A stretch of DNA of 64,000 nt from an uncultured Lachnospiraceae bacterium (GTDB taxonomy: Bacteria > Bacillota > Clostridia > UBA1381), in assembly GCA_964447095.1 (NCBI GenBank), contig CAYUSE010000001.1, forward strand, positions 4,576 through 68,575. Direction: 5' to 3'. The translations under genes were made by a program, and so were the position numbers. The notes under the pieces were generated by a model. It had not been told where the DNA came from, did not search any database, and saw nothing but the letters and a program-made list of their open reading frames with translations. Shown here piece after piece: positions 1 to 9,499 of the stretch; position 1 is the first letter of the stretch; each line of letters begins with the position of its first letter.

Positions 1-905
1 TCAACTAAATCGTGGACGTGCAGAACATTTCCGCAGGCGAAAATTCCGTCGATTTCGGTGTGTCTGTCTTGATCAACCGACGCTCCGCCCGTGATATTGT
101 CAAGAGATATCCCCGCGCTTTTTGAAAGCTCGTTTTCGGGTATCAGTCCGACCGAAAGAAGCAGCGTATCGCATGAGATATATTCTCTTGTTGACGCAAT
201 CGGCTTTCTGTTCTCGTCAACTTTGGCGATTGTTACGCCCTCAAGCCGCTTTTTGCCGTGGATTTCCACTACGGTATGACTTAATTTAAGAGGTATGTCA
301 AAATCATTAAGGCATTGTTCGATATTTCTTGCAAGACCGCCCGAATAGGGCATAAGCTCACAAACCGCCTTTACCTTTGCGCCTTCTAAAGTCATTCGTC
401 TTGCCATAATAAGACCTATATCGCCTGAACCGAGAATTACAACTTCTCTGCCGGGCATATAACCCATCATATTTACAAGCTTTTGCGCAGTGCCTGCGCT
501 GTAAATTCCGGCAGGACGCGTTCCCGCAATATTAAGCGCGCCCTTTGGACGCTCACGGCAGCCCATTGCCAATATAACAGCCTTTGCCTGAATTTGGAAT
601 ATACCGTTTTCCGCGTTGGCTGCCGTTATAACTTTATCTTTAGATATGTCAAGAACCATAGTATTAAGCATAAACGGTATATTTCTTTCCACAACCTGTT
701 CTTCATATCTTTGCGCGTACTCGGGACCTGTCAGCTCTTCGCCGAATTTGTGCAGACCGAACCCGTTATGTATACATTGCTGCAAAATTCCGCCGAGCGA
801 TTTGTCACGTTCCAATATCAGTATATCGCGTACACCTGCGTCATAAGCCGCGACAGCCGCGCTCATTCCTGCCGGACCTCCGCCGATAATTACCAAATCC
901 GTCAT
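1..905 (-). CDS. NAD(P)/FAD-dependent oxidoreductase (pyridine-nucleotide-disulfide oxidoreductase fold); 3' end runs off the window
   Basis: Absent from the ORF track because there is no stop in the window. Reverse-strand translation from ATG at 905 gives MTDLVIIGGGPAGMSAAVAAYDAGVRDILILERDKSLGGILQQCIHNGFGLHKF... with a GxGxxG dinucleotide-binding motif. SD AAAGGAAGGA lies just upstream. It starts 37 nt after the stop of the upstream G3P-dehydrogenase-like gene. Confidence 0.7.
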   Translation of the reverse strand, partial: MTDLVIIGGGPAGMSAAVAAYDAGVRDILILERDKSLGGILQQCIHNGFGLHKFGEELTGPEYAQRYEEQVVERNIPFMLNTMVLDISKDKVITAANAENGIFQIQAKAVILAMGCRERPKGALNIAGTRPAGIYSAGTAQKLVNMMGYMPGREVVILGSGDIGLIMARRMTLEGAKVKAVCELMPYSGGLARNIEQCLNDFDIPLKLSHTVVEIHGKKRLEGVTIAKVDENRKPIASTREYISCDTLLLSVGLIPENELSKSAGISLDNITGGASVDQDRHTEIDGIFACGNVLHVHDLV

Positions 906-942
906 ATTTATTATCCTTCCTTTCACTGTAATCTGAATAATT

Positions 943-2367
943 TTATTTTGTATTTCCGAATATTATTTCCGACCCTTTACCGCTTTTGGTAACACTGTGA
1001 CAGGGAATATTCAGTTCCCTTGCCAACAGCTCCGTAATATACGGTACGCAAAATCCGCCCTGACAGCGTCCCATCTGCGCTCTTGTACGGCGTTTTATTC
1101 CGTCTAAGTCTCTTGCGCCGGGGTTTGCGCGTATAGCTTCGATGATTTCGCCTTCGGTCACCGTTTCGCAGCGGCAAATTACTCTGCCGTAGCTTTTATC
1201 TCGTTTTATAATTTCGTTTTTCTCTTCGTCGGACGCTTCCCTGAAATAGTGTGACGGTTTTCTTATAGGATTGTAATCTGCTTTTTCTGTCATATTAAGT
1301 CCCTGCCCGCGCATAATTTCTACAATATATTCGGCAATGGCAGGCGAAGCCGATAAACCCGGGGACTCAATTCCTGCGGCATTGATAAAGCCTGCTTTTG
1401 GAGAATTGATAATAAAATCACCCGTATCTCCCACGGCGCGCAGACCGCAAAATGATGTAATTGTGCCGCGCAGAGGAATATCTTGGACATTTTCCAATGC
1501 TTCCTTAACAATTTTTGCAAAACCTTCTTCGGTTGTCGCTGTATTTTCCTTATCAGTCCCGTCAACTGATGTAGGACCGAGAAGCAGGTTGCCGTCCACG
1601 GTAGGCGTAACTAATATTCCTTTACCCATTTTGCTCGGTGTGCGGAATACGGTGTGTGAGACTAAAGAGCCGCATTCCTTGTCGAGCAATATGTATTCAC
1701 CCTTGCGCGGATGCATGGAAAACGAATTGTCGCCTATCATTGCGGCTATGCGGTCGGAATAAATGCCTGCGGCGTTTATAACGAATTTTGCGCGGACGGT
1801 TTCGGAGTGAGAGGATATTTTATATATGCCGTTATTTTGTTCTATTTTAACGACTTCAAAATTGCGTTTTAAGTCCGCGCCGTTATCCATTGCATTGCCG
1901 ACTGCGGCAATCGTCAGTTCATATGGGCAGGTTATCGCTCCTGTGGGAGCGTGTAAGGCGCATTTTACGTTTTTTGATAGATTTGGTTCAAGCTCAAATA
2001 ACCTTTCGCCCTCTATTATTTCAAGCCCCTGAACACCGTTTTGGGTTCCTCGTTTGAACAGTTCCTCTATTGTTTGTCTGTCATCTTCGTTAAATCCGAT
2101 AACCAAAGACCCGTTTTGTTTGTAATTTACTCCCAATTCCTCTGTTATCTTTTTCATCATCTGAGAGCCTCTTACATTCAGCCTTGCCTTAAGTGACCCT
2201 TCTTTTGCGTCAAATCCTGCGTGCGCTATAGCCGAATTCGCTTTTGTCGACCCCATGGCGACATCGTTTTCTTTCTCCAAAATACAAATTTTAAGATTGT
2301 ATTTTGAGAGAGCGCGTGCGGTAAGAGCGCCTATAACCCCCGCGCCGATTATTACTGCATCATACAT
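943..2367 (-). CDS. FAD-dependent glycerol-3-phosphate dehydrogenase/oxidase-like protein with C-terminal BFD-like [2Fe-2S] domain
   Basis: N-terminal MYDAVIIGAGVIGA FAD-binding motif and DAO-family body. C-terminal Cys cluster CRCETVTEGEI...RAQMGRCQGGFC is typical of the BFD-like 2Fe-2S domain. The ORF-track start 2406 lies inside a terminator stem; the internal ATG at 2367 has SD GAAGGGAG 8-9 nt upstream. Confidence 0.8.
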   Translation of the reverse strand: MYDAVIIGAGVIGALTARALSKYNLKICILEKENDVAMGSTKANSAIAHAGFDAKEGSLKARLNVRGSQMMKKITEELGVNYKQNGSLVIGFNEDDRQTIEELFKRGTQNGVQGLEIIEGERLFELEPNLSKNVKCALHAPTGAITCPYELTIAAVGNAMDNGADLKRNFEVVKIEQNNGIYKISSHSETVRAKFVINAAGIYSDRIAAMIGDNSFSMHPRKGEYILLDKECGSLVSHTVFRTPSKMGKGILVTPTVDGNLLLGPTSVDGTDKENTATTEEGFAKIVKEALENVQDIPLRGTITSFCGLRAVGDTGDFIINSPKAGFINAAGIESPGLSASPAIAEYIVEIMRGQGLNMTEKADYNPIRKPSHYFREASDEEKNEIIKRDKSYGRVICRCETVTEGEIIEAIRANPGARDLDGIKRRTRAQMGRCQGGFCVPYITELLARELNIPCHSVTKSGKGSEIIFGNTK

Positions 2368-2402
2368 TTTTATTACTCCCTTCATTATGTATGCGTTAGA
2401 AT

Positions 2403-2452
2403 ACAAAAAGACGCATCAAGATAAAACCTTATCGGTTTTATCTTGATGCGTC
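2403..2452 (-). terminator. Leader (attenuator-type) intrinsic terminator upstream of the G3P-dehydrogenase-like gene
   Basis: On the minus strand a perfect 19-bp stem GACGCATCAAGATAAAACC/GGTTTTATCTTGATGCGTC with a 5-nt loop is followed by TTTTTG. It ends ~35 nt before the ATG at 2367. No minus-strand gene lies upstream that it could terminate. Confidence 0.6.
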
Positions 2453-2679
2453 TCCAATTCTCTGCATCGAAATCAGTATATAACAAATTATTTAATAAGT
2501 CAAGAGTTTTTTGATTAAAATTTTATTTGGAAATGTTCAATAATTGAAAAACTTAAATCTAAAATTTCCTTTTTTAGGGAATATTTTGGTATATTTTTCA
2601 AGCAAGCAATCAAAATTCAATCATTTCAATCAAAATAAAGAACAAAAAGTGATTATTCAATCGATATATTCGGCATTTA

Positions 2680-2708
2680 TTGACATTAAACAAAAAAGTT
2701 GTTATTCT
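2680..2708 (+). promoter_or_regulatory. Candidate sigma-A promoter for the ABC-transporter/glycan array
   Basis: TTGACA (2680-2685), 17-nt spacer, TATTCT (2703-2708), in an AT-rich intergenic region ~80 nt upstream of the binding-protein gene. The -10 element is weak. Confidence 0.3.
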
Positions 2709-2788
2709 TTATATAAAGACTGTGCAAAGAGAATAATACATATTAAAACAATGCACAAAAAATGAACGTAAAGAAAGAGGTTGATGAA

Positions 2789-4177
2789 ATGAAAAAGGTA
2801 AAGAAAATGATTGCGATAGCGTCAGCGGCTGTTATGGTTTTGTCATTGGCCGGCTGTAATGGCAAAACAAACGAAGACGGTAAGATTTCGGTGTCAATCG
2901 GAAATTGGCCGGCGGAAACGGATACGGTTGCTTTGGAACTGAAAAAAGAGCAGAAGGCCGAGTTTGAATCGCAAAATCCGGATATCAACATTGTTCCCGA
3001 CACGTATAAATTTGAGGTTCAGACATTTACAGCAAAGGCTGTGGCAGGGCAGCTGCCGGATGTTATCAGCAACTTACCGTATACAGAGGCTAAGTCGGTT
3101 ATCAAAAACGGATATGCGGCTGATATTACTGATTTGGCAAAGGAATACGGACTGTTTGATGCGCTTAATCCTGATTTGTTGGAAATGTGTACCGATGAGA
3201 ACGGCAGACTATATTTGCTGCCTAACGGAATAGAAAGTCCCGGTATTTCGATAAATAAAGAATTGTTTAAAAAAGCGGGTCTTACTAATGAGGACGGAAC
3301 TGTAAAAGTTCCTGACACTTTTGACGAGGTTGCTGAATTTGCCTCTATTATTAAAGAAAAAACAGGAGCGGCAGGATTTGTTATGCCAACCATAGGCAAT
3401 CAGGGCGGCTGGCGTTTCACGAATATTGCGTGGAATTACGGAGTGGAATTTGAAAAGCAGAATGATGACGGCTCGTGGACGGCGACATTTGACTGCAAAG
3501 AATTTCATGATGCGCTTCAGTGGCTGTATGACATGAAATGGACGCGTGGTGTTCTTCAGGATAATATGTCGGTAGACGCAACGGAACAGCAGCGTATTTT
3601 CGGAACGGGTCAGGCAGGCATGATGTTTGGAAGCAGCGCGGGCGCGTGGACGGACCGTTTAGTGCAGAACAGCGGCATGGAACGTGAAAATCTTGCTCTT
3701 ACAAAAATGCCCGCGGGACCTGCGGGACGTTACGGTCAGCTTGGAGGAACATTGCAGATGCTTTCTTCAAAGGCAACCGAGGAGCAGAAAGCGGCAATAT
3801 TTAAGTGGATTAAATATCAGAATTACACGCCGGAAATCAATGAGGAAACATTTGAGGCAACTGTTCGTACCAATGCGGAAGAAGGCAAATTTGTATTTGC
3901 AAAAGAATTGACTACCATATGGAATCTTGATTCGAGAAGAGAAGCATATGAACGTATTTGCGCTCCGTATGTAAATGTTGACATGAGAGATTTTGAAACA
4001 TATAACACCGAAGGCGTTACTTTGCGTACAGAACCGCCTGCCTGCGCACAGCAGCTTTATTCCGTTTTGGATAAGGTTGTGCAGGAGGTGCTGACCAACA
4101 AAAATGTAGATATTCCTGCAATAAGCAAACAGGCTCAGGAAGATTTTCAGGTGAATTATTTGGATAAAATGAACTGA
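2789..4177 (+). CDS. ABC transporter extracellular sugar-binding lipoprotein (solute-binding family 1)
   Basis: Signal peptide plus lipobox (VLSLAGC/NG) and family-1 solute-binding protein length and pattern. It sits directly upstream of two MalF/MalG-type permeases. ATG 2789 has AAGAGG 6 nt upstream; the track start 2762 has no SD. Confidence 0.8.
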   Translation: MKKVKKMIAIASAAVMVLSLAGCNGKTNEDGKISVSIGNWPAETDTVALELKKEQKAEFESQNPDINIVPDTYKFEVQTFTAKAVAGQLPDVISNLPYTEAKSVIKNGYAADITDLAKEYGLFDALNPDLLEMCTDENGRLYLLPNGIESPGISINKELFKKAGLTNEDGTVKVPDTFDEVAEFASIIKEKTGAAGFVMPTIGNQGGWRFTNIAWNYGVEFEKQNDDGSWTATFDCKEFHDALQWLYDMKWTRGVLQDNMSVDATEQQRIFGTGQAGMMFGSSAGAWTDRLVQNSGMERENLALTKMPAGPAGRYGQLGGTLQMLSSKATEEQKAAIFKWIKYQNYTPEINEETFEATVRTNAEEGKFVFAKELTTIWNLDSRREAYERICAPYVNVDMRDFETYNTEGVTLRTEPPACAQQLYSVLDKVVQEVLTNKNVDIPAISKQAQEDFQVNYLDKMN

Positions 4178-4197
4178 GGAGATGAGAGGAGGCTGTT

Positions 4198-5124
4198 ATG
4201 AAAAAAACTAAAAAGCCGGTCGGGTTAAAAGACGGATTGCGAAAGAGAAAAATGGTCGGAACAGTTATGCGAAGCTATCCCGGCTGGCTTATGATTTTAC
4301 CATCATTGCTGTTGTTTGTGCTAATTGTGTGGCGGCCTATCTGCATGGCGTTTTATTATTCGTTTTTCAGGCTACAGGGACTTGAGCCTATTGCCTTTGC
4401 AGGACTGCAAAATTTTAAGGACGTATTGAGTGATACGGCTTTTAGGCAAACGCTGTTCAATACAATTCAGTATGTTCTCTGGTCTTTAATTATTGGATTA
4501 CCCATACCATTTTTTGCTGCGGTTATGATTAACGAAGCTGTGCATTTAAAAGGCTATTTCAAATTTGTTATGTATTTGCCGGTAATCATTCCTACTGTGG
4601 CAACATGCTTAATCTGGAAAATGCTGTATCTGGAAGGCTCGGGCGGATTGCTGAACACTCTGCTTGCATACATAGGTGTTGTTCCGCAGATTTGGCTGAG
4701 TAATAAAAATGCGGTTATACCGTTAATTATTGTTTCGATGACATGGCAGGGCTTCGGAAGCAATATGCTGTTATATTTGGCATCATTGCAAAGTATGGAC
4801 CAGAGCCTGATTGAAGCGGCAAGAATTGACGGAGCAGGTTTGCTGCGGTGTTTTTGGCACATACTGCTGCCGCATATGCGCGGAATTATATTGCTTTTGG
4901 GAATTAAACAGATGATTGGCGTGTTCCAAATTACGGAACAGCCGATGGTTATGACGGGCGGCGGACCTAACGGAGCGTCTATGTCGCTTGGTTTGACAAA
5001 TTATTTATATGCATTCAGATACGGACAGTTTGACAAGTCTATGGCGCTGGGAGTTATTTCGTTTTTGTTCCTGCTTATACTGACTTTTGTTTATTTTAAA
5101 CTTGATCGTAAGTTCAGTGAATAG
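4198..5124 (+). CDS. Carbohydrate ABC transporter permease (MalF/LacF-like)
   Basis: Multi-TM protein with the EAA loop SLIEAARIDGAGLLRCFWHILLP. SD AGAGGAGG. Confidence 0.85.
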   Translation: MKKTKKPVGLKDGLRKRKMVGTVMRSYPGWLMILPSLLLFVLIVWRPICMAFYYSFFRLQGLEPIAFAGLQNFKDVLSDTAFRQTLFNTIQYVLWSLIIGLPIPFFAAVMINEAVHLKGYFKFVMYLPVIIPTVATCLIWKMLYLEGSGGLLNTLLAYIGVVPQIWLSNKNAVIPLIIVSMTWQGFGSNMLLYLASLQSMDQSLIEAARIDGAGLLRCFWHILLPHMRGIILLLGIKQMIGVFQITEQPMVMTGGGPNGASMSLGLTNYLYAFRYGQFDKSMALGVISFLFLLILTFVYFKLDRKFSE

Positions 5125-5139
5125 GGGGAGTTTTGTGCT

Positions 5140-6036
5140 ATGAAAAGATTTGAACAGAAAACAATAGGATTATTGAACGGGATAGAAATGCATAATTGGC
5201 ATTATAGGATAGTATACGGGACGATAATATTTCTTCTGGTTTTACTCAGCCTGATATGCCTGCTGCCTATCTTGTGGGTTTGTGTATCGGGGTTTAAGAC
5301 TCCGGCGGAGTTGTATAGTGTGCCTCCGCAGCTTCTGCCGTCGTCTTTCAGTTTTAGCCATATATTAGAGGTGTGGAGCAAAATAAGTTTTTTCAAATAT
5401 TTTAAAAATACGATTTTTGAAATAATGGGAGCCTTGATTTTTGATATTGTACTTAACGGACTTGCAGGTTATGTGTTGTCAAAGGTGCGTCCTTTGGGTT
5501 CGGCGCTGCTTGAAACCGTGATTTTCGGAACAATGCTTCTGCCGTCGGTAAGCATGGCTCCGCTGTATATGACCTTTGTAGATATGCCGATAATTCACGT
5601 TAATTTAACGGGCACATTTCTGCCGCTGTGGATGCAGGCAGGATGCAGTGCGTTTACCATTATGCTGTTCCGCAACTTTTTTAACGGAATACCGACAGAT
5701 TACGTAGAAGCGGCTCGTATTGACGGCTGTGCAAGTATAAGCGCATTTTTTAGAATTATACTTCCTCTTTCAAAACCGATTTTAGTGGTTGAAATAATAT
5801 TTTGTGTAATAAATTCATGGAAAAATTTTATGTGGCCTTATCTGATACTTGGTAACACGAAAAGAGAGACGGTGTCGATTTTGCTTTATCAGCTAAGTTC
5901 ATCCAGCACTATGCCTATTACAGAAACCGAAACTATGCTGGTAATTATGCTGTGTGTTATTCCGCCGCTGATATTTTATGCAATATTTTCAAAACAAATC
6001 ATGGGCGGATTGGATATGAGCGGAATTAAGGGGTAA
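5140..6036 (+). CDS. Carbohydrate ABC transporter permease (MalG/LacG-like)
   Basis: Multi-TM protein with the EAA loop DYVEAARIDGCASISAFFRIILP, adjacent to the first permease. No cognate ATPase gene is present in the window. Confidence 0.85.
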   Translation: MKRFEQKTIGLLNGIEMHNWHYRIVYGTIIFLLVLLSLICLLPILWVCVSGFKTPAELYSVPPQLLPSSFSFSHILEVWSKISFFKYFKNTIFEIMGALIFDIVLNGLAGYVLSKVRPLGSALLETVIFGTMLLPSVSMAPLYMTFVDMPIIHVNLTGTFLPLWMQAGCSAFTIMLFRNFFNGIPTDYVEAARIDGCASISAFFRIILPLSKPILVVEIIFCVINSWKNFMWPYLILGNTKRETVSILLYQLSSSSTMPITETETMLVIMLCVIPPLIFYAIFSKQIMGGLDMSGIKG

Positions 6037-6042
6037 ATAATT

Positions 6043-9000
6043 ATGAAAACAAATATAGCTGCTATTTTAACTGCTTTGTGTATGACCATTGTTCCGCTCT
6101 CTGCGGAAGCGTGGGTTGCGGATGAACCTGTAGGCGAAGCGTATGCCATGCTGCGTTTTGACAACGGAAGAAAAACCAATATTGTAAAAACGTCTTCTTA
6201 TGAGGGCACAATGGTATATGATGAACGCGACGGCGTGCGTGTCGCGAAGCTGAGGAGAGATTCGGGCAGCTCGAACTTTTTAGGAATTGACATAGAGGAT
6301 GGACTGTTCTCTGCCGATAAGCCCGATATAGTTTTTGTCACGGTACGTTATTATGATGAGGGACACGGCTATTTTGCGCTTGTGTATGATGATAATGATA
6401 AGGATTGGTCATCAGAACCGTGTAAAATGGAAGATACGCATACATGGAAAGAATATACCTTTGCGTTAGAAGATTGTATTATGAGAAATTCTTATCGTAC
6501 CAACGATGATGATTTTGCAATAGCTGTGTGGAATAAGAAAACTGATTTTGTCAGCGCAGATCCTGTATATATTCAGTGGATTAAGGTGGAAAAGGGTTAT
6601 CCGACGCACCCCGAGGTTACGCTGACATCCGACCATGTCGGAAATGCATTTGACGGCAATGATGCAAAGAAAATGCGGCTGCATATTAAAAATACATATA
6701 ATGTGCCGATAGATTTAAATTTGGATTGCCGCATACTCGACTACGATAACAATTTCATGGAAGATAATTCTTCATTTTCAATTAGTCTTGCTCCGGGTGA
6801 GACAGCGGACAGAGATATTACATTCAGCGTAAGCAGATATGGATGTTATTTGTTTGAGGTCGGCGGCGAATGCAGCGCAGAATGGAACGGGGTTCCTCAT
6901 ACAACTAAATTCGATCCTGCTTTGATGAATTTCTCCATTATGAATAAACTTACGGATAAAGATACACCAAATCGCATGATGAAAACCAATGCTCATGATA
7001 ATTATGCGTGGACAGAACCGGCAATAATGTCGGAATTGTATCATGAAGCAGGTATTTCAGGAGTCAGAGATGAGTGGCGCTGGGGTTTAATCGAGCAGCA
7101 GTCTGGTGTTTTTAATTTTGAATATGAGTGGAATGACAATATCACGAAGGATTTTGTACCGTATGATATTGAACATGGCAGAGATATGATGCTTATTCTT
7201 GACTACGGAAACAGACTGTATATGCCGGGTGAGAAGCTTAATAATCACGTTTTCCCTGACAACGACAGGTTTCCGGGCTCTGAAGAGGGTTTTTTAAATT
7301 ATGTCGAGCATATAACCAAACGTTACGGCAGCAGCGTTAAATATTACGAATTTTGGAATGAGGCAAATATAACAGCGTTTAATACCTACAATGTCAGTGC
7401 GGAAAAGTATGCGGCGCTGCTGAAAAAGGTATATGCAATTGTGAAAAAAAACGCTCCCGGTTCGCTTGTTGTCGGTATGTCATCGGCGGGCGTAGGTGAA
7501 AATTATCACAGGGCAGTTTTGGAAGCGGGCGGAGGCGAGTATATGGATATGGTCAGCTTCCACCCATACGATTGGTCGGGAAAGTTTCACGGAGATACCT
7601 ATAAGAAATACATTGAACAGGTAAAAAATATATATCGCCAATACGGATATGATGATATGCTGTTTACGGCAGATGAAATGGGTATAACGGCATGGCCTGA
7701 AAGCGGAAAATGGCCGAATGAATTTGGTCAGGCGGCGCAGTCGGTGCAGTATTATGCAATGAGTCAGGCAGAAGAATTGGTTGATTCGTACTATATTTTC
7801 CATTATTCGTCGGGTACGTCTCCGGCTAAGCTGATTGTGGGAGGACAGGAAGAACGATGGGGAATGCTGAAAAATTTCAGGGATACTGTTCCATATGCTG
7901 CTCAGCCTGCGGTTATCGCTACAGCTGCGTATAATCAGATGATAGGCAATGGAAAAGGAGTACATCAGTATATCAGCGATGCTGATAATGACGGTTTCAG
8001 AACTTACGCTTATCATTTTAAGCGTGAAAAGGATGGAAAAGATGTGCTGGTGTATTGGTCAGAATACGGAAGCGCTGAATTGGGTATAAAGCTTGGTACA
8101 GATAAGGCTGAAAGCTTTGATATGTATTCAAACTCCGAGGGAATTCTTCATGCTACAGATAGTGTGTTCAGTTTGACAACATCATTTGAACCTCGATACT
8201 TAGTTGGTGAATTTTCTGATTTTGAAATGACAGATGCGAAAATTAAAACTAATGGCGGACGTATGACGGCTATAGGCAATGATACTCTTACGCTGACTTA
8301 CAGTGACGCTTCCAAGCGTAATTTGCGAGCGGACGCGGCTATGGAGGACGGCATTGTATTACAGGAAAACGAAGGAATATCAAACGGAAACGGCAGATTG
8401 GTATGCGGCATTGGAGACAATTTGAAAAATGAGGAACGCATCAATGTCAAGCTGTATGACGATAAAAACAATATGGTCTACGATGGCTTGTATCATATTC
8501 TTGAAATCGATAAGCCTGTGAGCGTCAGCGGTATAATAGACGAAGCAAACATTAACGCAAATCAGCGCAGTACAGTCAGCGTAACGTTAACTAATATAAC
8601 TCAGGGCTATACGTTAAACGGCGATGTGGTAATGGATTTTACCGACGAGGGCAGAAGCAGGCAGACGCGCAGAGTAGTTGGACTGAAGTCAGGTCAAAGC
8701 GCGGTTCTGCGTTTCAATCTGCCGTTTTCACATTCACAGAAGGTGAGAGAGTTAAAATTGTCATATGATTTTGGCGGACTTGAAGCGAATACGGATACGT
8801 TTACGGTTACGCCGTCTGTGAAAGCCGCTTATGCGGTAACCGCGCCTCCGATTAACGGCGGATACAATAAAGACGATTGGGCAGGAGGTACGTGGTTCGC
8901 AGGTAACGACGCATATTCGGCGCAGTATTACGGCGGATGGGAAGGCGCGAAAGATGCAGGCTTCGAAGGAACAATTTTGTGGGACGATAAAAATCTGTAT

Positions 9001-9474
9001 CTTCTGACAGAAGTTACGGACGATAAATTTTATCAGCCGTATGAAGACAGCGGATTTTGGCAGGGCGACAGTATTCAGCTCGGAATTATGAAACAAGACG
9101 GCTCCTCGACTGTGGAGATTGGAGCTGATTTAGCAGGTACTTCGGCATTTTCGGGAATTGGAATTTATCGCGATACGAAAGGAAATGCAAAATTATACCG
9201 CTATAAAACACAATACGGCAGTGTGGCGGTTGATTTTGCACAGAATTGCGCAGCGACTGTAACACGAAAGGACGGAAAATGGATTTATCGAGCTGCAATA
9301 CCATGGAGTGAAATTTTCGGTCCGAACCAAAAAATCACTGAAGGTGAATTGCTGCGATTTGGAATGTTGTTAAACGATAACGACGGCAGCGGCAGAAACT
9401 ATACAATGTTCTGTGACGGAATTGCCACATCAAAGCGTGATAATACTTTTACAACGCTGACGTTGGTGAAATAA
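6043..9474 (+). CDS. Secreted multidomain glycoside hydrolase, clan GH-A (beta/alpha)8-like catalytic region with a C-terminal CBM9-like module
   Basis: Signal peptide (ALCMTIVPLSAEA). YYEFWNEANI is a clan GH-A acid/base NE-type motif, with a later ADEMGIT candidate nucleophile. The C-terminal WDDKNLYLLTEVTDDKFYQP...GDSIQLG pattern resembles carbohydrate-binding family 9. The exact GH family is not assignable by eye. Confidence 0.6.
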   Translation: MKTNIAAILTALCMTIVPLSAEAWVADEPVGEAYAMLRFDNGRKTNIVKTSSYEGTMVYDERDGVRVAKLRRDSGSSNFLGIDIEDGLFSADKPDIVFVTVRYYDEGHGYFALVYDDNDKDWSSEPCKMEDTHTWKEYTFALEDCIMRNSYRTNDDDFAIAVWNKKTDFVSADPVYIQWIKVEKGYPTHPEVTLTSDHVGNAFDGNDAKKMRLHIKNTYNVPIDLNLDCRILDYDNNFMEDNSSFSISLAPGETADRDITFSVSRYGCYLFEVGGECSAEWNGVPHTTKFDPALMNFSIMNKLTDKDTPNRMMKTNAHDNYAWTEPAIMSELYHEAGISGVRDEWRWGLIEQQSGVFNFEYEWNDNITKDFVPYDIEHGRDMMLILDYGNRLYMPGEKLNNHVFPDNDRFPGSEEGFLNYVEHITKRYGSSVKYYEFWNEANITAFNTYNVSAEKYAALLKKVYAIVKKNAPGSLVVGMSSAGVGENYHRAVLEAGGGEYMDMVSFHPYDWSGKFHGDTYKKYIEQVKNIYRQYGYDDMLFTADEMGITAWPESGKWPNEFGQAAQSVQYYAMSQAEELVDSYYIFHYSSGTSPAKLIVGGQEERWGMLKNFRDTVPYAAQPAVIATAAYNQMIGNGKGVHQYISDADNDGFRTYAYHFKREKDGKDVLVYWSEYGSAELGIKLGTDKAESFDMYSNSEGILHATDSVFSLTTSFEPRYLVGEFSDFEMTDAKIKTNGGRMTAIGNDTLTLTYSDASKRNLRADAAMEDGIVLQENEGISNGNGRLVCGIGDNLKNEERINVKLYDDKNNMVYDGLYHILEIDKPVSVSGIIDEANINANQRSTVSVTLTNITQGYTLNGDVVMDFTDEGRSRQTRRVVGLKSGQSAVLRFNLPFSHSQKVRELKLSYDFGGLEANTDTFTVTPSVKAAYAVTAPPINGGYNKDDWAGGTWFAGNDAYSAQYYGGWEGAKDAGFEGTILWDDKNLYLLTEVTDDKFYQPYEDSGFWQGDSIQLGIMKQDGSSTVEIGADLAGTSAFSGIGIYRDTKGNAKLYRYKTQYGSVAVDFAQNCAATVTRKDGKWIYRAAIPWSEIFGPNQKITEGELLRFGMLLNDNDGSGRNYTMFCDGIATSKRDNTFTTLTLVK

Positions 9475-9499
9475 CTTTTATAAGGAAGGAGATTGGCAA

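Noticed and set aside
483-992. 169-aa plus-strand ORF, together with the nested 616-846 and 91-279 ORFs, at the left edge
   Set aside because: It is antisense to the well-supported minus-strand FAD oxidoreductase CDS (1-905). The sequence is low-complexity and Cys/Arg-rich, with no SD.
2368-2406. ORF-track start codon at 2406 for the G3P-dehydrogenase-like gene
   Set aside because: That ATG lies within the terminator/T-tract region and has no SD. The ATG at 2367 is preceded by GAAGGGAG and starts directly at the MYDAVIIGAGVIG FAD motif.
2544-2765. 73-aa ORF in the AT-rich intergenic region upstream of the ABC binding protein
   Set aside because: It has no SD and a Lys/Asn/Phe-rich composition, as expected from random AT-rich DNA. 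It overlaps the likely promoter region.
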